64,000 nucleotides of DNA from an uncultured Gammaproteobacteria bacterium (GTDB lineage: Bacteria > Patescibacteriota > Microgenomatia > Levybacterales > GWA1-39-11): contig CAZYWG010000001.1 in the NCBI GenBank assembly GCA_964651815.1, positions 1,189 through 65,188 of the forward strand. The letters run 5' to 3'. Under the pieces are notes generated by a model. The model searched no databases. It worked only from the letters and a program-made list of their open reading frames with translations, and was not told the origin of the DNA. Shown one piece after another: positions 9,596 through 21,316 of the stretch. The first letter of the stretch is position 1, and each line of letters begins with the position of its first letter. The position numbers and the translations under genes are program-made.

Positions 9596-11092
9596 ATGAA
9601 TTTATTGATACAAAAGCTTTTGTCTTTTGAATTTTATAAGAAAAACTACTTTATAGTTTCAGTTTTTTTAATTCTTGCGCTTGCCACATTTTTAAGGTTT
9701 TATAATTTTGGTAATCGTTACGCATTGGCCGGAGACCCGGCACGGGACGCAATAATCGCAAGATACGCTCTGGAAAATCATAGAATACCCGCAACCGGCC
9801 CTTTTTCTTCCGCAGGAAATTTTACAACGGGTAACATCTGGTACATCTGGCTTATTTTATCTTCTGCAATTTATCCCTTCTCAATTTTGACACCTTGGAT
9901 TGTTATGGCGGCGTCTTACGTTTTTATAGTTTTCATGATGATTTTAATTGGGTATGAACTCCTTGATAAAAAGTTTGGAATAATACTTGGACTATTGAGC
10001 GCGGTTTCTTTTGCTCAAATTAACCAAAGCCTGAATCTGGCTAACCCCTCACTTGTTGCTCTTTTTTCAACACTTGCCATATATTTTTTAATAAAGTATG
10101 TAAAAACTGGAAAAAATCTTTTTGCTTTTTTGTTTTCATTGTTTATTGCGATTGCAATTAATACTCATTTTCAGGCAATGTATCTATTAGTTTTAATTCC
10201 ACTTGCGTATATCTTTAAGCGTCCAAAACCTATATATCTTATATCCGCGGCATTTGGATTAACAATTCCTTTTATTCCTTTTGTAATTTTTGATGTGAAA
10301 AATAACTTCTATAATTTTCGCGGAATAATAGATTACCTGCAATATGGACAGTATAAAATTTATGTCGCAAACAGATGGTTTACTTATGCAGGCATTTTTT
10401 GGCCACAACTTTGGAGTAGTATTGTTGGAGGGATTCCGCTTTTAGGTTATTTTACAATATTTCTTTTAATTTTTGCGGTTTTAAAAAATGCAGTCAAAAG
10501 AAAATTAAACAAAGAAATAATTTTACTTATTCTCTCATTTGCTGTGATGTTTTTTGCTTTAAGATATTACCGTGGTGAGCGCTTTTTTGGCTACTTTGTT
10601 TTTCTCCACCCATTCATAATTACTCTTTCCGGTTTTGCTTATTACGCCGTTTTTAAAATGAACAAAATACTGGGAGTTATTTTAATCACAATACTTGTCT
10701 TAATTAGTATAAATAGAACACTTCCGTCTTTATTACAGGGACCGGGCGACGCGCAGGTAAGATCTACCGCCTGGGAAAAATTATTTTCAGAAGTTTACCC
10801 AGGGAAAAAATTTCAACTCTATAGTTACATAAGTACATCTGAAGGCATAACTTTACCTCTGGCTCTCTACTTATATAGAGATGGTAGACTTTCAGATACG
10901 GGATATAAAATTGGGTTTGGAAGCACCGACTTGAAAGAAAGACCGCATTTTAAAATGGTTAAAGATATAAAATTGGGATTTGAGATTTGGGATTTAAACA
11001 GTTCAACTTCTGCGCAATTAAGAAAATCAGATTGGCATAGCGTTAACCCAAGCGCGGTTTACAAAATTTCAGCCGACTGGTACGATAAGTAA
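9596..11092 (+). CDS. Polytopic membrane protein, GT-C-fold glycosyltransferase-like (ArnT/PMT family)
   Basis: About 12 predicted TM segments. N-terminal loop ALAGDPARDAIIARYALENHRIP resembles the GT-C catalytic loop. Confidence 0.45.
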   Translation: MNLLIQKLLSFEFYKKNYFIVSVFLILALATFLRFYNFGNRYALAGDPARDAIIARYALENHRIPATGPFSSAGNFTTGNIWYIWLILSSAIYPFSILTPWIVMAASYVFIVFMMILIGYELLDKKFGIILGLLSAVSFAQINQSLNLANPSLVALFSTLAIYFLIKYVKTGKNLFAFLFSLFIAIAINTHFQAMYLLVLIPLAYIFKRPKPIYLISAAFGLTIPFIPFVIFDVKNNFYNFRGIIDYLQYGQYKIYVANRWFTYAGIFWPQLWSSIVGGIPLLGYFTIFLLIFAVLKNAVKRKLNKEIILLILSFAVMFFALRYYRGERFFGYFVFLHPFIITLSGFAYYAVFKMNKILGVILITILVLISINRTLPSLLQGPGDAQVRSTAWEKLFSEVYPGKKFQLYSYISTSEGITLPLALYLYRDGRLSDTGYKIGFGSTDLKERPHFKMVKDIKLGFEIWDLNSSTSAQLRKSDWHSVNPSAVYKISADWYDK

Positions 11093-11096
11093 TAAC

Positions 11097-12008
11097 CTAA
11101 GCTTTTGCAAAATATATGTTTACGTACTCCGGTGCTTCTCCATCAACGGTAGAGCTCACAATCTCAAGTATTATTGGCCAATGTGTGTTGCCGGGATATA
11201 ACACACGAGAATTTAAATGAACCCCAATATCCGCAAATGTTGTTTTACCATTTCCACCAGGTGTCGCTAATACGTGTAATATTGCATGAGTATTTCCTCT
11301 TAATGTCATTTCAGATTCCGTTTCTCCAATCCAAAGCTTTTGTGAAGAGGATTTTGGCGCTTCATTTAAATACTGTTTTATCTCTTCTCTAAAATTACGG
11401 CCCATATCACTTATCTGTATAGGTCCTTTTTGTTGATCAGAGGGAATCCATTTTCTATCTTTTGAAATCCGCATTTTTACACCTAATATGCTATTTGATC
11501 TGTTATCTCGAATAAAATCCCAGTTTTCATCAGGGCCTGGATCCCCACTGATAACAATATCCTCATTATCAAAAGCTTTTTGTAAATCTCCATTAACAAG
11601 TCTCGCACCATGATCATAATAAAGCTTAAACAAACCGCTACCCTCATCTAACCTAACGCTTCTTAAAGAATAATTGCTAACATGAGCAACTGCCTCAACC
11701 ATTCCGTCTAGTCTAATCTGTGAGTTTAACAAATCCGAAATTTGAAGACCTTGAGCATCAACTTCAAGTCCTAGTTGAGCATATCTACTTCTTGGGGACG
11801 TTTGTAACTTAGATATTGAACCTTTGGGATTATCTTTTAAAAAAGTCTGTAAAAAAGATGCAGGAATTGAAATGGGGGTAGGAATAGGTTTTTTAGTTAA
11901 AGGAGGAACTTCAAGACCCAAAGAAAGTCTAATATCAGGACTTACACCAAAATGAGCTTCAGGATTAGTTGTGAGAGTTTCTCTCGCCATGGGATGTGAT
12001 TTTACCAA
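11097..12008 (-). CDS. Hypothetical protein (no family recognised)
   Basis: 303-aa ORF between rpsG and the GT-C gene. An alternative start exists at the internal Met (11990). Confidence 0.45.
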   Translation of the reverse strand: MVKSHPMARETLTTNPEAHFGVSPDIRLSLGLEVPPLTKKPIPTPISIPASFLQTFLKDNPKGSISKLQTSPRSRYAQLGLEVDAQGLQISDLLNSQIRLDGMVEAVAHVSNYSLRSVRLDEGSGLFKLYYDHGARLVNGDLQKAFDNEDIVISGDPGPDENWDFIRDNRSNSILGVKMRISKDRKWIPSDQQKGPIQISDMGRNFREEIKQYLNEAPKSSSQKLWIGETESEMTLRGNTHAILHVLATPGGNGKTTFADIGVHLNSRVLYPGNTHWPIILEIVSSTVDGEAPEYVNIYFAKA

Positions 12009-12074
12009 AATTTGAATCTAAAATCAATAATATAGGATGATTTGAGGAGTTACAAACAGATGTTTGGAAACAGT

Positions 12075-12551
12075 TTACCAGCGGAAGTGAGAAAAGGCTT
12101 TGTTTGCTTCTGCCATACGGTGGGCTACATCTCTTTTTTTCACTGCTTCACCGGCGTTTTTAGTAGCGTCAAGAAGTTCTGCTGCAAGCTTGTCTGCCAT
12201 TGTCTTGTATTCTGAAGTCGGACGTTTTTTTGCGGCTTCCAGTAACCAGCGAATTGCAAGAGCAGTTTTTCTTGCGCCGCGGACTTCCTGAGGGACTTGA
12301 TATGCAGCGCCTCCAATACGTCTTGCTTTTACTTCTGTCTTTGGTCCAACTGACTCTATTGCTGACTCAAACAATTTAACAGGATCTCCCTCTTTTTTAA
12401 GTATCTCTAATGCATTATAAACAACTCTTTGTGCAACTGTCTTTTTACCGTCACGCATTAGTCGGTTTGTAAACATTGTTATAAGTACACTCCCGTAAAC
12501 CGGGTCACCCTGAATATTTCTTTTTTTATAACTTGCTCCACCTCTTGCCAT
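12075..12551 (-). CDS. rpsG: 30S ribosomal protein S7
   Basis: MARGGASYKKRNIQGDPVYGS...KTVAQRVVYNAL, canonical S7. Confidence 0.95.
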   Translation of the reverse strand: MARGGASYKKRNIQGDPVYGSVLITMFTNRLMRDGKKTVAQRVVYNALEILKKEGDPVKLFESAIESVGPKTEVKARRIGGAAYQVPQEVRGARKTALAIRWLLEAAKKRPTSEYKTMADKLAAELLDATKNAGEAVKKRDVAHRMAEANKAFSHFRW

Positions 12552-12557
12552 AATTTT

Positions 12558-12977
12558 TTAAGCTTGTGCTTCCGGTCTTTTTGTACCGTATTTACTCCTT
12601 GATGAGCGTCTTCCTTCTACTCCAGCTAGATCAAATTTACCCCTAACCAAATGGTATTTTACTCCTGGTAAATCTTTTACGCGGCCGCCGCGGACCAAAA
12701 CTATTCCGTGCTCAGCCAAGTTGTGGCCAATTCCCTGAATGTATGCCGTAACCTCTTCTCTATTAGAAAGTTTCACACGGGCAACTTTTCGGAGTGCTGA
12801 GTTAGGTTTTCTTGGAGTCATGGTACGCACTAGAGTTACAACTCCCCGCTTTTGAGGTGACGGGACTGTTGTGTATTTTCTTTCTTTTGCGTTAAAGACA
12901 GTTCGAAGACCGGTTACTTTAACCTTTTTAAATTTTTTGGTTCTTCCTTTTCTTATTAATTGATTTAATGTCGGCAT
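12558..12977 (-). CDS. rpsL: 30S ribosomal protein S12
   Basis: [12 protein letters not shown]...[10 protein letters not shown], canonical S12. Confidence 0.95.
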   Translation of the reverse strand: MPTLNQLIRKGRTKKFKKVKVTGLRTVFNAKERKYTTVPSPQKRGVVTLVRTMTPRKPNSALRKVARVKLSNREEVTAYIQGIGHNLAEHGIVLVRGGRVKDLPGVKYHLVRGKFDLAGVEGRRSSRSKYGTKRPEAQA

Positions 12978-13017
12978 GGATTGTTATTTTACAATATTCG
13001 AAGCTGAAATACTAGTG

Positions 13018-16000
13018 TTATGAAGTGGCTGTTGGCTCAGGAGTATTCTGCTCTACAACACTGGCTTCAATAAATTCTTCTCTGACTGGAATAAGACGTC
13101 CAACAATGACATTTTCTTTAAGCCCGATAAGATTATCAACCCGTCCTTCAAGTGCAGCATCAGTTAACACCTGGGTTGTTTCCTGGAAAGATGAAGCTGA
13201 AAGCCAAGAATCTGTGACAAGTGAAGCTTTTGTTATTCCAAGAATTATCTCGCGTGCTGATGATGGTTCTCCGCCCTCAGAAATAATATTTGAGTTTTCT
13301 TCTTCAAATCTTAGTTTAGAAACTAGATCTCCAGGCATAAGATTTGTGTCGCCCGGTGTTTCAATCATTACTTTGTCAGACATTTTGCGGACAATTGTTT
13401 CAAAATGCTTATAATTAATTGCAATTCCTTGAGACTCATAAACACTTTGTATTTGGGCAATAAGATATTGTTGCGCCGCGCGAAGCCCTGAAATCTTCAG
13501 TACATCACGAGGATCAAGATAACCTTCACAAAGTTGCGTTCCTGCGTCAACAGTGGCACCTTCCTCAACAAGTACGGTAGAAGTCAAAGGAACAAAATAT
13601 TCACGTTCTTCAACCGGTTTAACTCGGGTATTTCTTACGCGAATTATATATCCGTCCTCTACTTTATTAATTTGAATCTTTCCGGCAATCTCGGCAATTG
13701 GAGCCAAAACTTTTGGGCGGCGTACTTCAAACAATTCTTCAACACGCGGCAATCCTTGTGTAACGTCAGACATAACAACTCCTCCAAAGTGACGAACACG
13801 CATGGTAAGCTGGGTTCCAGGCTCTCCAATTGATTGAGCAGCAATAACTCCAACCGGGGTTCCCATATCTGCACGGTTGTATGATGATAGATCCCAACCA
13901 TAACACGCGGCACAAAGTCCGTATCTGAGACGGCAGAAAAGTGGAGAACGAACAGTAATCTCTGTAATTGTTTCGTCTTTTAAAATTGCTGCAAGCGCTT
14001 CGTAATTAATTTCAGTCCCTTTTGAAACCCGAGTTTTTTTATCTTTTTTGCTCACAATATCTTTCATAACAACACGACCAAGAAGCATGCTTGTCATGTA
14101 AGACTCGTTATCGCGGCGAGTCATGTCAACCATTATTCCTTCTGAAATACCACAGTCTCCTTGGCGAATTATGACGTCGTGGGCTACATCTACCAAACGG
14201 CGGGTAAGATATCCGGCATCAGCAGTTTTTAGAGCAGAGTCAGTCAAACCTTTACGTGAACCGCGGGCAGAGTTAACGTATTCAAAAATTGAAAGTCCTT
14301 CGCGGAAATTTGATTTAATAGGAAGTTCAACAATTCGTCCGAGCGGGTCAAAAATAAGTCCACGCATAGCTGCCAACTGTTTAATTTGATCTTTTCCGGC
14401 CCTCGCTCCTCCTGATTCGGCAATAATTCTGACGATATCATTTTTGTCGAATAATTCCCAAGTAAGATTTGCCATTTTCTCAGTTGCTTCAAGCCACACG
14501 TTATTTGAAAGTCTTCTTTGCTCTGCATGTGTGATAAGACCGTTTTGATATTCTTGCTCAATTTCCTTGATTTTGTCTTCCGCTTCATTAACTAAAGTGT
14601 CTTTGTTTGGAAGGCGTTTCAAATCAAATGTTGATACGGAAATTCCTGAAACTGTTGCTGCATAAAACCCTATTTCTTTAAGATTATCAATTAAAGCTGC
14701 GACTTCCTCTTCATTTGCTATAACCATAGCTCGTGTAACAATATCTTTTATAGTGGACGCCTTTACTTCATGATTTATAAATCTAAGTGCTTCTGGTAAT
14801 CTCTCATTGAATATAATTCTTCCAATTGTTGTATCCATGATTTTTCCATCAATTCTCACTTTTATAGGTTCGCGGAGTTGAATGTGTTTTAGAGAGAAAG
14901 CAAGATGAGCTTCTTTTGCATCAGAAAAAACAGTTGGATTTTCGCGTTTTATTCTTTCATCAACTGAAGTAAGATAAAAGGCTCCAAGCGCCATTTCCTT
15001 ATTTGGGAGTGTGATTGGAGCACCATCTGCCGGCTTCAATAAATTATGTTGCGGCATCATTAAGCGTGTTGCTTCTTCTTGTGCGCGAGCCGACAAAGGG
15101 ACATGAATTGCCATTTGGTCTCCATCAAAATCAGCGTTATAACCGGCACAAACGCAAGGGTGAATTTTAATAGCCGATCCTTCAACTAAAACAGGATAGA
15201 ATGCCTGGATACCAAGCTTGTGTAAAGTTGGTGCTCGGTTAAGAAGCACAGGGTGGTTTCTGGTTATTTCTTCTAAAATATCAAAAATCTCAGGAGATCT
15301 TCTTTCTATAAATCTTTTAGCGGCTTTTACGTTGGGAGTAGTAAGACCACGCGAAATAACCTCACGAATTACAAAGGGTTTGAAAAGTTCTAATGCCATT
15401 TCTTTTGGAAGTCCACATTGGTTAAGAGTTAATTCCGGTCCAACGATAATAACTGAACGTCCGGAATAATCAACTCGTTTTCCAAGTAAGTTCTTACGGA
15501 ACCTACCTTGTTTTCCGCGCAAAATATCCGAGAGTGACTTAAATTGTTTTTGGGTTTGTGAAGTTCTAATAGATGTATCAATAAGGTAATCAACAGACTC
15601 CTGCAACATTCTTTTTTCATTTCTAAGAATAATTTCCGGTGCACCTAGAGAAATTAAATGTTTCAAGCGGTTGTTTCTGTTAATTACGCGGCGGTATAAG
15701 TCATTTAAGTCACTGGTTGCAAAACGTCCACCATTAAGTTGAACCATTGGGCGAAGATCCGGTGGTAAAACCGGCAATACCTGCAACACAAGAGAAGACG
15801 GTTTAAATCCTGCTTTAATAACTGATTCAATTAAATGTTGGCGTTTCAATAATTTTAATTGTTTTTGCCCTGAAGATTTCTGTACCTCTTCACGAAGATC
15901 CCCAATAAGTTTGGTTAAATCAATCGATTCAATAGCATGAAGAATTGCAGAAGCGCCAGTCTCAACCTCAAAAAAGATTGGTACATCATATTCAATTAAA

Positions 16001-16785
16001 CGGACGTATTCTTCTTCTGATAATACATCCCAAAGCTTGAGACCCTTGATTATATCCCCGACTCTTGTAAAAATTTCTTCAGTTCTTGCAACTTCTGTTT
16101 CTACTCTTTTCTCAAGTGCCATTTTCTTTTGGCGAAAAGCCACATCCGTCTCTTCAAGTACTAATGTTTGTTTTTCTTGTTTTAGAGTCCCTTTTACTTC
16201 TTTTACTTTTGATTTTTCATCAGTTTCAAGAGTATCCTTTTCTTCTTGTGCTTGTTTTTTGAGTTTTGAAATTCTTTCTTCTTTTATATTGTTAAGTGTT
16301 TTTTGTGCATCTTTTCTTTTATCCTCATCAATTTTTGTAACAAGGTATGAAGCAAAATAGATAACCGATTCCAAATCTTTTTGGCCAATATCAAGAAGGA
16401 CCGAAAGTTTTGATGGGCTACCTTTTGAAAACCATATATGAACAACAGGAGACGCAAGACCAATATGACCCATTCTTTCGCGTCTCACCCGAGAGTATGT
16501 AACTTCAACTCCACATCTATCACAAACTATTCCTTTGTATCTGATCCTTTTGTATTTTCCACAATAACATTCAAAATCGCGCGTAGGACCAAAAATTCTT
16601 TCATCAAATAATCCGTCTTTCTCCGGCCTGTAAGTACGGTAGTTAATTGTTTCGGGTTTTGTAACCTCACCATATGAATATGCCCTAATATCAGCAGGTT
16701 CTGCCACAAGAACCTTAAGACCTTTGAAGTCTGAAATATTAATAGCGTCAAATTTTTTCTCTTGTTTGTTTCTTTTAGGTTCCAT
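13018..16785 (-). CDS. rpoC: DNA-directed RNA polymerase subunit beta'
   Basis: Zn-finger CYCGKYKR...CDRCGVEV and NADFDGD catalytic motif. The probable start is the internal Met (MEPKRNK) just after the rpoB stop. The track ORF runs to 16827 and overlaps rpoB. Confidence 0.95.
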   Translation of the reverse strand: MEPKRNKQEKKFDAINISDFKGLKVLVAEPADIRAYSYGEVTKPETINYRTYRPEKDGLFDERIFGPTRDFECYCGKYKRIRYKGIVCDRCGVEVTYSRVRRERMGHIGLASPVVHIWFSKGSPSKLSVLLDIGQKDLESVIYFASYLVTKIDEDKRKDAQKTLNNIKEERISKLKKQAQEEKDTLETDEKSKVKEVKGTLKQEKQTLVLEETDVAFRQKKMALEKRVETEVARTEEIFTRVGDIIKGLKLWDVLSEEEYVRLIEYDVPIFFEVETGASAILHAIESIDLTKLIGDLREEVQKSSGQKQLKLLKRQHLIESVIKAGFKPSSLVLQVLPVLPPDLRPMVQLNGGRFATSDLNDLYRRVINRNNRLKHLISLGAPEIILRNEKRMLQESVDYLIDTSIRTSQTQKQFKSLSDILRGKQGRFRKNLLGKRVDYSGRSVIIVGPELTLNQCGLPKEMALELFKPFVIREVISRGLTTPNVKAAKRFIERRSPEIFDILEEITRNHPVLLNRAPTLHKLGIQAFYPVLVEGSAIKIHPCVCAGYNADFDGDQMAIHVPLSARAQEEATRLMMPQHNLLKPADGAPITLPNKEMALGAFYLTSVDERIKRENPTVFSDAKEAHLAFSLKHIQLREPIKVRIDGKIMDTTIGRIIFNERLPEALRFINHEVKASTIKDIVTRAMVIANEEEVAALIDNLKEIGFYAATVSGISVSTFDLKRLPNKDTLVNEAEDKIKEIEQEYQNGLITHAEQRRLSNNVWLEATEKMANLTWELFDKNDIVRIIAESGGARAGKDQIKQLAAMRGLIFDPLGRIVELPIKSNFREGLSIFEYVNSARGSRKGLTDSALKTADAGYLTRRLVDVAHDVIIRQGDCGISEGIMVDMTRRDNESYMTSMLLGRVVMKDIVSKKDKKTRVSKGTEINYEALAAILKDETITEITVRSPLFCRLRYGLCAACYGWDLSSYNRADMGTPVGVIAAQSIGEPGTQLTMRVRHFGGVVMSDVTQGLPRVEELFEVRRPKVLAPIAEIAGKIQINKVEDGYIIRVRNTRVKPVEEREYFVPLTSTVLVEEGATVDAGTQLCEGYLDPRDVLKISGLRAAQQYLIAQIQSVYESQGIAINYKHFETIVRKMSDKVMIETPGDTNLMPGDLVSKLRFEEENSNIISEGGEPSSAREIILGITKASLVTDSWLSASSFQETTQVLTDAALEGRVDNLIGLKENVIVGRLIPVREEFIEASVVEQNTPEPTATS

Positions 16786-16789
16786 ATTT

Positions 16790-19700
16790 TTAGCTAGTCT
16801 TCCCTTCCGGCTCAGGCTGAACTTCACTTGTTGCTATTTCTTCTCCGCCAAGTGATTCTGCTTCTTTTTCGTCAGTTACTTCCACGCCTTCCAAACCTTC
16901 TTTTAATTCCTTCGCTTCTTCGCGTACCTCTTCTTGAGTATCTGATGTATCTTCTTTGTCGTCAGCAACAACTGCCTGCATTGGAATAATATTTAGTGAT
17001 AAAGATTGTAATTCTCGTATCAAAACTTTAAATGATTCAGGTACACGGGGTGTTGGAATATCAACGCTTTTAATTATTGCCTCAAATGCCTTCGCGCGTC
17101 CCGATACATCATCCGATTTAATTGTCAACATTTCCTGCAAAGTGTACGCTGCCCTATGCGCTTCAAGCGCCCAAACTTCCATTTCTCCAAGTCTTTGTCC
17201 TCCCATTTGAGCTTTTCCACCCAGTGGCTGTTGAGTAACAAGTGAATATGGTCCTGTAGACCTTGCGTGCGCCTTGTCTTCAACCATGTGGATAAGCTTC
17301 ATGATGTATCCAATTCCTACAACTACATCATTTTCATAAGGTTCACCGGTTCTCGAATCAAAAAGTTTCATCTTACCGTTGACAGGCATTCCTGCTTCTT
17401 TCAAAAGATCTATATACTTTTCTTCATCCATCTTTTCAAATACCGGCAAAGAGATTCTAAGATTAAGTTTCTGTGCTGCAAGTCCAAGATGGGCTTCGAG
17501 AAGCTGACCAAGATTCATACGTCCCAAAACTGAAATTGGAGAAATGATAATATCAACCGGCGATCCATCTTCAAGATATGGCATGTCACAATCCGGAACT
17601 ATTTTTGAAATAACACCTTTATTTCCGTGGCGACCTGCGAGCTTATCTCCCACAACAACGTGTCTCATTTGTGCAACCTCTATCTGAATTTTTCTGATTG
17701 TACCAGGTTCAAGTTCATCACCTTTTGCGCGGTCCAATATTTGTACATTTGTAATAATTCCGTGTTCGCCGTGGGGCATGCGGAGTGAAGTATCCCTAAC
17801 TTCACGTGCTTTCTCACCAAAAATTGCACGGAGAAGTCTTTCTTCTGCTGTTAATTCCGTTTCTCCTTTTGGAGCTATTTTACCTACTAAAATGTCTCCC
17901 GGCTTAACTTCTGATCCTACTACAACAATTCCGTCATCATCTAAGTTTGCCAAATCTTCCTCAGCAACGTTTGGGATATCACGAGTCGTCTCTTCTGGCC
18001 CAAGCTTTGTATCAACAACGGTTGCTTCATATTTTTCAATATGGACGGAAGTAAGCGAATCATCACGCACTAAACGGTCTGAAATAACAATTGCGTCTTC
18101 ATATCCTAGCCCGTCAAACGACGCGTATGCTATAACAAGATTTTTCCCGAGTGCCAGTTCTCCATTTTCCGACGCTGGCCCATCAATTAAAACGTCTCCT
18201 TTTTTAACTTTTTGTCCTGCATAAACAACCGGCTTTTGGTTGAAGAAAGTGTTTTGGGCGGTTCTTTTGAATTTATCTATTTTGAATGTCTCTTCTTTTG
18301 ACCCGTCTTTAAGGATTACACGATTGGCGTCAACAAAAGAAACAGTTCCGTCATATGGCGCTATTTTTACCCTACCCATGGCATATGAAACCATTGATTC
18401 CATGCCAGTCCCAATAATTGGGCTTTCATTTTTGACAAGAGGTACTGCTTGGCACTGCATGTGAGTACCCATGAGAGCACGGTTTGCTTCATCATGGTCA
18501 ATAAATGGAATTAAAGCAGCCGATGTCCCTACAACTTGTCTTGGAATGACATCAATAAATTCAATTTTTTCTTTTTCAACCTCAAGATATTCACCGTTGA
18601 AACGGGCCGGGACCAGATCATCAACAATGTATCCATCATTATCTACTTTAATATCAGCATGGGTTATGTAATGTTCCATCTCAGTCTCTGCGTCCATGTA
18701 AACAATTTTAGTTGAGACTTTAAGCCTTGATTTTGACCCTTTTTTCTCAGTCTCAACAACTTTGTATGGCGCTTCAAGAAAACCATAATCATTAACACGG
18801 GCGTAAAGCGCTAAATATGTAACGAGACCTATATTTGGTCCTTCTGGCGAACGGACTGGGCAAATTCTTGAATATTGAGATGAATTTATGTCACGGATTG
18901 AAAATGAAGCACGTTCACGGGAAATTCCACCTGTTCCCATAACAGTTAAGCGACGAATATTATCAATTTCAGATAAAGGATTTGTCTGGTCTAAAATTGC
19001 TGAAAGCTGTGAAGTTCTGAAAAATTCGTTGATTGCTGCAATTATTGGGTGCGCATTTATGAAATGAGATGGAGAAAATTGCTCTTCTGTTGAGGCCAAA
19101 GACATTTTTTCTTTAATTATACGTTCGAGACGGAGTGCTCCAACACGAAAAGCGGTTGTTTGAACAAGCTCACCAACGGAACGAATGCGGCGGTTTGCCA
19201 AGTGGTCAATATCATCAATCTTCCCTTTTCCATGAGCCAATTGAAGAAGATAAGAAACTATTCCAATTACGTCATCAATTGTCAATGTTAACGCTTCTTG
19301 TGCAGAAAAATTTGAAAGTCCTGCAAGCTTCTTATTAACTTTGTAACGGCCGACGCGTGAAAGATCATAGCGCCTTCTGTCGAAGAAAGAATCGCGGAAA
19401 TTTTGTCTGATTGTGTCAATAACAACCGGTTCTCCCGGGTTCATTTTCTTAAAGATTTCGATTAATGCATCCGTTCCGCCTTTTGCGTCATCTTTTTCAA
19501 GAGTATTTTTTATATAAGTATCTGCTCCTTCAACGCCTTTAAATCTCTCATAAATTTCATCATTTGTTTCAATACCAAGTGCTTTTAGAAATACTGATGC
19601 TAAGAATTTTTTGCGGCGGTCGATCCTTACCACAACCATATCTGTTCTTGTAGTTGAAAATTCAAGCCATGAACCGTGTACCGGCCTCATTTCTGCAGTG

Positions 19701-20164
19701 TAAAGTGTTTTCCCTGTAATTTGGTCTTCTGTTGCGGTAAAGAAGACTCCCGGAGATCTGACAATTTGGCTAACAATTACCCTTTCTATTCCATTGACAA
19801 TAAATGTCCCCCGGTCTGTCATTTTTGGGACTTCACCCAAGAATACGTTTTGTTTAATATTTTTGCCGGTTTTTTTGTTAACGAGAGTTGCTTCAACTGT
19901 CAGAGGTGAAAAAAAAGTAAGGCCTTTTGCTAGTGCAATTGCTTCTGTAATTTTGGGGTCTCCTAGTTTGTAGTTTCCGAGCGCCAATTCCCAGTTTTTG
20001 CCCGTAAAATCTTCTATTGGGGAAATTTCTTCAATTACTTCTCTAATACCTTCTTCAATAAACCATTTATACGACGCCTTCTGGATTGAAAGGAGATCTA
20101 ACTCAGGTAAGGTTTTTTCTTGCTTACCCCAATATTGTCTTGTACTGCCTAGTTGTTTTGCCAT
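16790..20164 (-). CDS. rpoB: DNA-directed RNA polymerase subunit beta
   Basis: Full-length beta subunit with canonical motifs and an acidic C-terminal tail. Confidence 0.95.
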   Translation of the reverse strand: MAKQLGSTRQYWGKQEKTLPELDLLSIQKASYKWFIEEGIREVIEEISPIEDFTGKNWELALGNYKLGDPKITEAIALAKGLTFFSPLTVEATLVNKKTGKNIKQNVFLGEVPKMTDRGTFIVNGIERVIVSQIVRSPGVFFTATEDQITGKTLYTAEMRPVHGSWLEFSTTRTDMVVVRIDRRKKFLASVFLKALGIETNDEIYERFKGVEGADTYIKNTLEKDDAKGGTDALIEIFKKMNPGEPVVIDTIRQNFRDSFFDRRRYDLSRVGRYKVNKKLAGLSNFSAQEALTLTIDDVIGIVSYLLQLAHGKGKIDDIDHLANRRIRSVGELVQTTAFRVGALRLERIIKEKMSLASTEEQFSPSHFINAHPIIAAINEFFRTSQLSAILDQTNPLSEIDNIRRLTVMGTGGISRERASFSIRDINSSQYSRICPVRSPEGPNIGLVTYLALYARVNDYGFLEAPYKVVETEKKGSKSRLKVSTKIVYMDAETEMEHYITHADIKVDNDGYIVDDLVPARFNGEYLEVEKEKIEFIDVIPRQVVGTSAALIPFIDHDEANRALMGTHMQCQAVPLVKNESPIIGTGMESMVSYAMGRVKIAPYDGTVSFVDANRVILKDGSKEETFKIDKFKRTAQNTFFNQKPVVYAGQKVKKGDVLIDGPASENGELALGKNLVIAYASFDGLGYEDAIVISDRLVRDDSLTSVHIEKYEATVVDTKLGPEETTRDIPNVAEEDLANLDDDGIVVVGSEVKPGDILVGKIAPKGETELTAEERLLRAIFGEKAREVRDTSLRMPHGEHGIITNVQILDRAKGDELEPGTIRKIQIEVAQMRHVVVGDKLAGRHGNKGVISKIVPDCDMPYLEDGSPVDIIISPISVLGRMNLGQLLEAHLGLAAQKLNLRISLPVFEKMDEEKYIDLLKEAGMPVNGKMKLFDSRTGEPYENDVVVGIGYIMKLIHMVEDKAHARSTGPYSLVTQQPLGGKAQMGGQRLGEMEVWALEAHRAAYTLQEMLTIKSDDVSGRAKAFEAIIKSVDIPTPRVPESFKVLIRELQSLSLNIIPMQAVVADDKEDTSDTQEEVREEAKELKEGLEGVEVTDEKEAESLGGEEIATSEVQPEPEGKTS

Positions 20165-20200
20165 CAGAAATAAATTCTAGAAGAAACGCACTTAATAAAA

Positions 20201-20238
20201 CAAAAAAATAGGAAGGAAGCCAAACTTCCCCCTTTTTT
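20201..20238. terminator. Putative bidirectional rho-independent terminator (A7 - GGAAG..CTTCC hairpin - T6)
   Basis: aaaaaaataGGAAGgaagccaaaCTTCCcccttttttcgg lies between the mltG 3' end and the rpoB promoter. Confidence 0.4.
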
Positions 20239-20248
20239 CGGTAGGCTT

Positions 20249-20277
20249 ATTTATATATGAAAGCCAGTGGTTTGTCA
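20249..20277 (-). promoter_or_regulatory. Sigma70-like promoter for rpoB-rpoC-rpsL-rpsG (TTGACA - 17 nt - TATAAA on the minus strand)
   Basis: Reverse complement of tgtcaa (20272-20277) and tttata (20249-20254) with a 17-nt spacer, about 85 nt upstream of the rpoB ATG. Confidence 0.4.
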
Positions 20278-20302
20278 AGCACCAGATTCCAACAAGCAAA
20301 AT

Positions 20303-21256
20303 TTATAGATATTTTTGAATGTCTGCGGCGTGCTCTTCTGCTGTTTTCTCCGGATGAATTTTACCCGTTTTGTCAGATATATAATATAGGTAGTCTGAGC
20401 TCGTGGGGTTAAGAGCTGCCTGGATTGCTACAACTCCTGGGTTTGAAATTGGGGTAGGCGGAAGTCCTGGGTTTTGATATGTATTATAAAGTGAAGCAAT
20501 TTTTAGATCGTCGAATGTTAGTTCTTCCTTCCACCATTTACCCGTATCTTTTTGATAGCCAAGAGCATAAGCAACAGATGGATCAACGTCAAGCTTCATC
20601 CCAAGACCCAACCTATTATAGATAACTGACGCGACTATTGGGAAGTCCGGAGCGAACTTTGCTTCTTTTTCAATGATTGATGCAATAATTACAGCATTTG
20701 TAAACTTTGCACCAGTTTCTGGAATTCCGGCTTGCTTCATACGATTATCAAAATTATTTTTCATGAGTGTAATTATTTGTTCAGCTGTTGCGTCGCGGGG
20801 GATTAGATAAGTATCCGGGAAAAGATAACCTTCCTGTTCAACAAGCTGTGACCTCCATGAATCTTTATAAGACGGTAAATTTTTCTGAAAAATGTCCGCA
20901 ATTTCTTCAGCCCTCAAACCTTCCGGAACAGTCACCCAAATATCAAGAGTGCCGTGATTTAACGTTTCTACCACTTTTGAAAGACTCATAGCTGGCGATA
21001 GACGATAATCCCCGGCTTGAATATTTTTATCTTGATTATTTAACTTTACAAAGACAAAGAAAATAACTGGGTCGCGAATTAGACCTTGTGTTTTAAGCGA
21101 ATTACCTATTTCGCGTACTGGTTCACCTTTGTTTATTACAAATATTTTTTGGGAGTGGTCTTGTGAATTAACTGAACCATTACCTATAAACCAATAGAAA
21201 AAGGCCGCAACTGCAAGAATTGCGATGATTATGATTGCAATAAGAGCTCGCTTCAT
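20303..21256 (-). CDS. mltG: Endolytic murein transglycosylase MltG (YceG-like)
   Basis: N-terminal TM helix and YceG-like domain (DIWVTVPEGLRAEEIA, YLFPDTYLIP, YNTYQNPGLPPTPISNPG). Confidence 0.8.
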   Translation of the reverse strand: MKRALIAIIIIAILAVAAFFYWFIGNGSVNSQDHSQKIFVINKGEPVREIGNSLKTQGLIRDPVIFFVFVKLNNQDKNIQAGDYRLSPAMSLSKVVETLNHGTLDIWVTVPEGLRAEEIADIFQKNLPSYKDSWRSQLVEQEGYLFPDTYLIPRDATAEQIITLMKNNFDNRMKQAGIPETGAKFTNAVIIASIIEKEAKFAPDFPIVASVIYNRLGLGMKLDVDPSVAYALGYQKDTGKWWKEELTFDDLKIASLYNTYQNPGLPPTPISNPGVVAIQAALNPTSSDYLYYISDKTGKIHPEKTAEEHAADIQKYL

Positions 21257-21316
21257 AAACTAAATGCTATTTTATATAGAAAATCTTTCGGAGTCAATCG
21301 ATGGGGGAATGGACAA

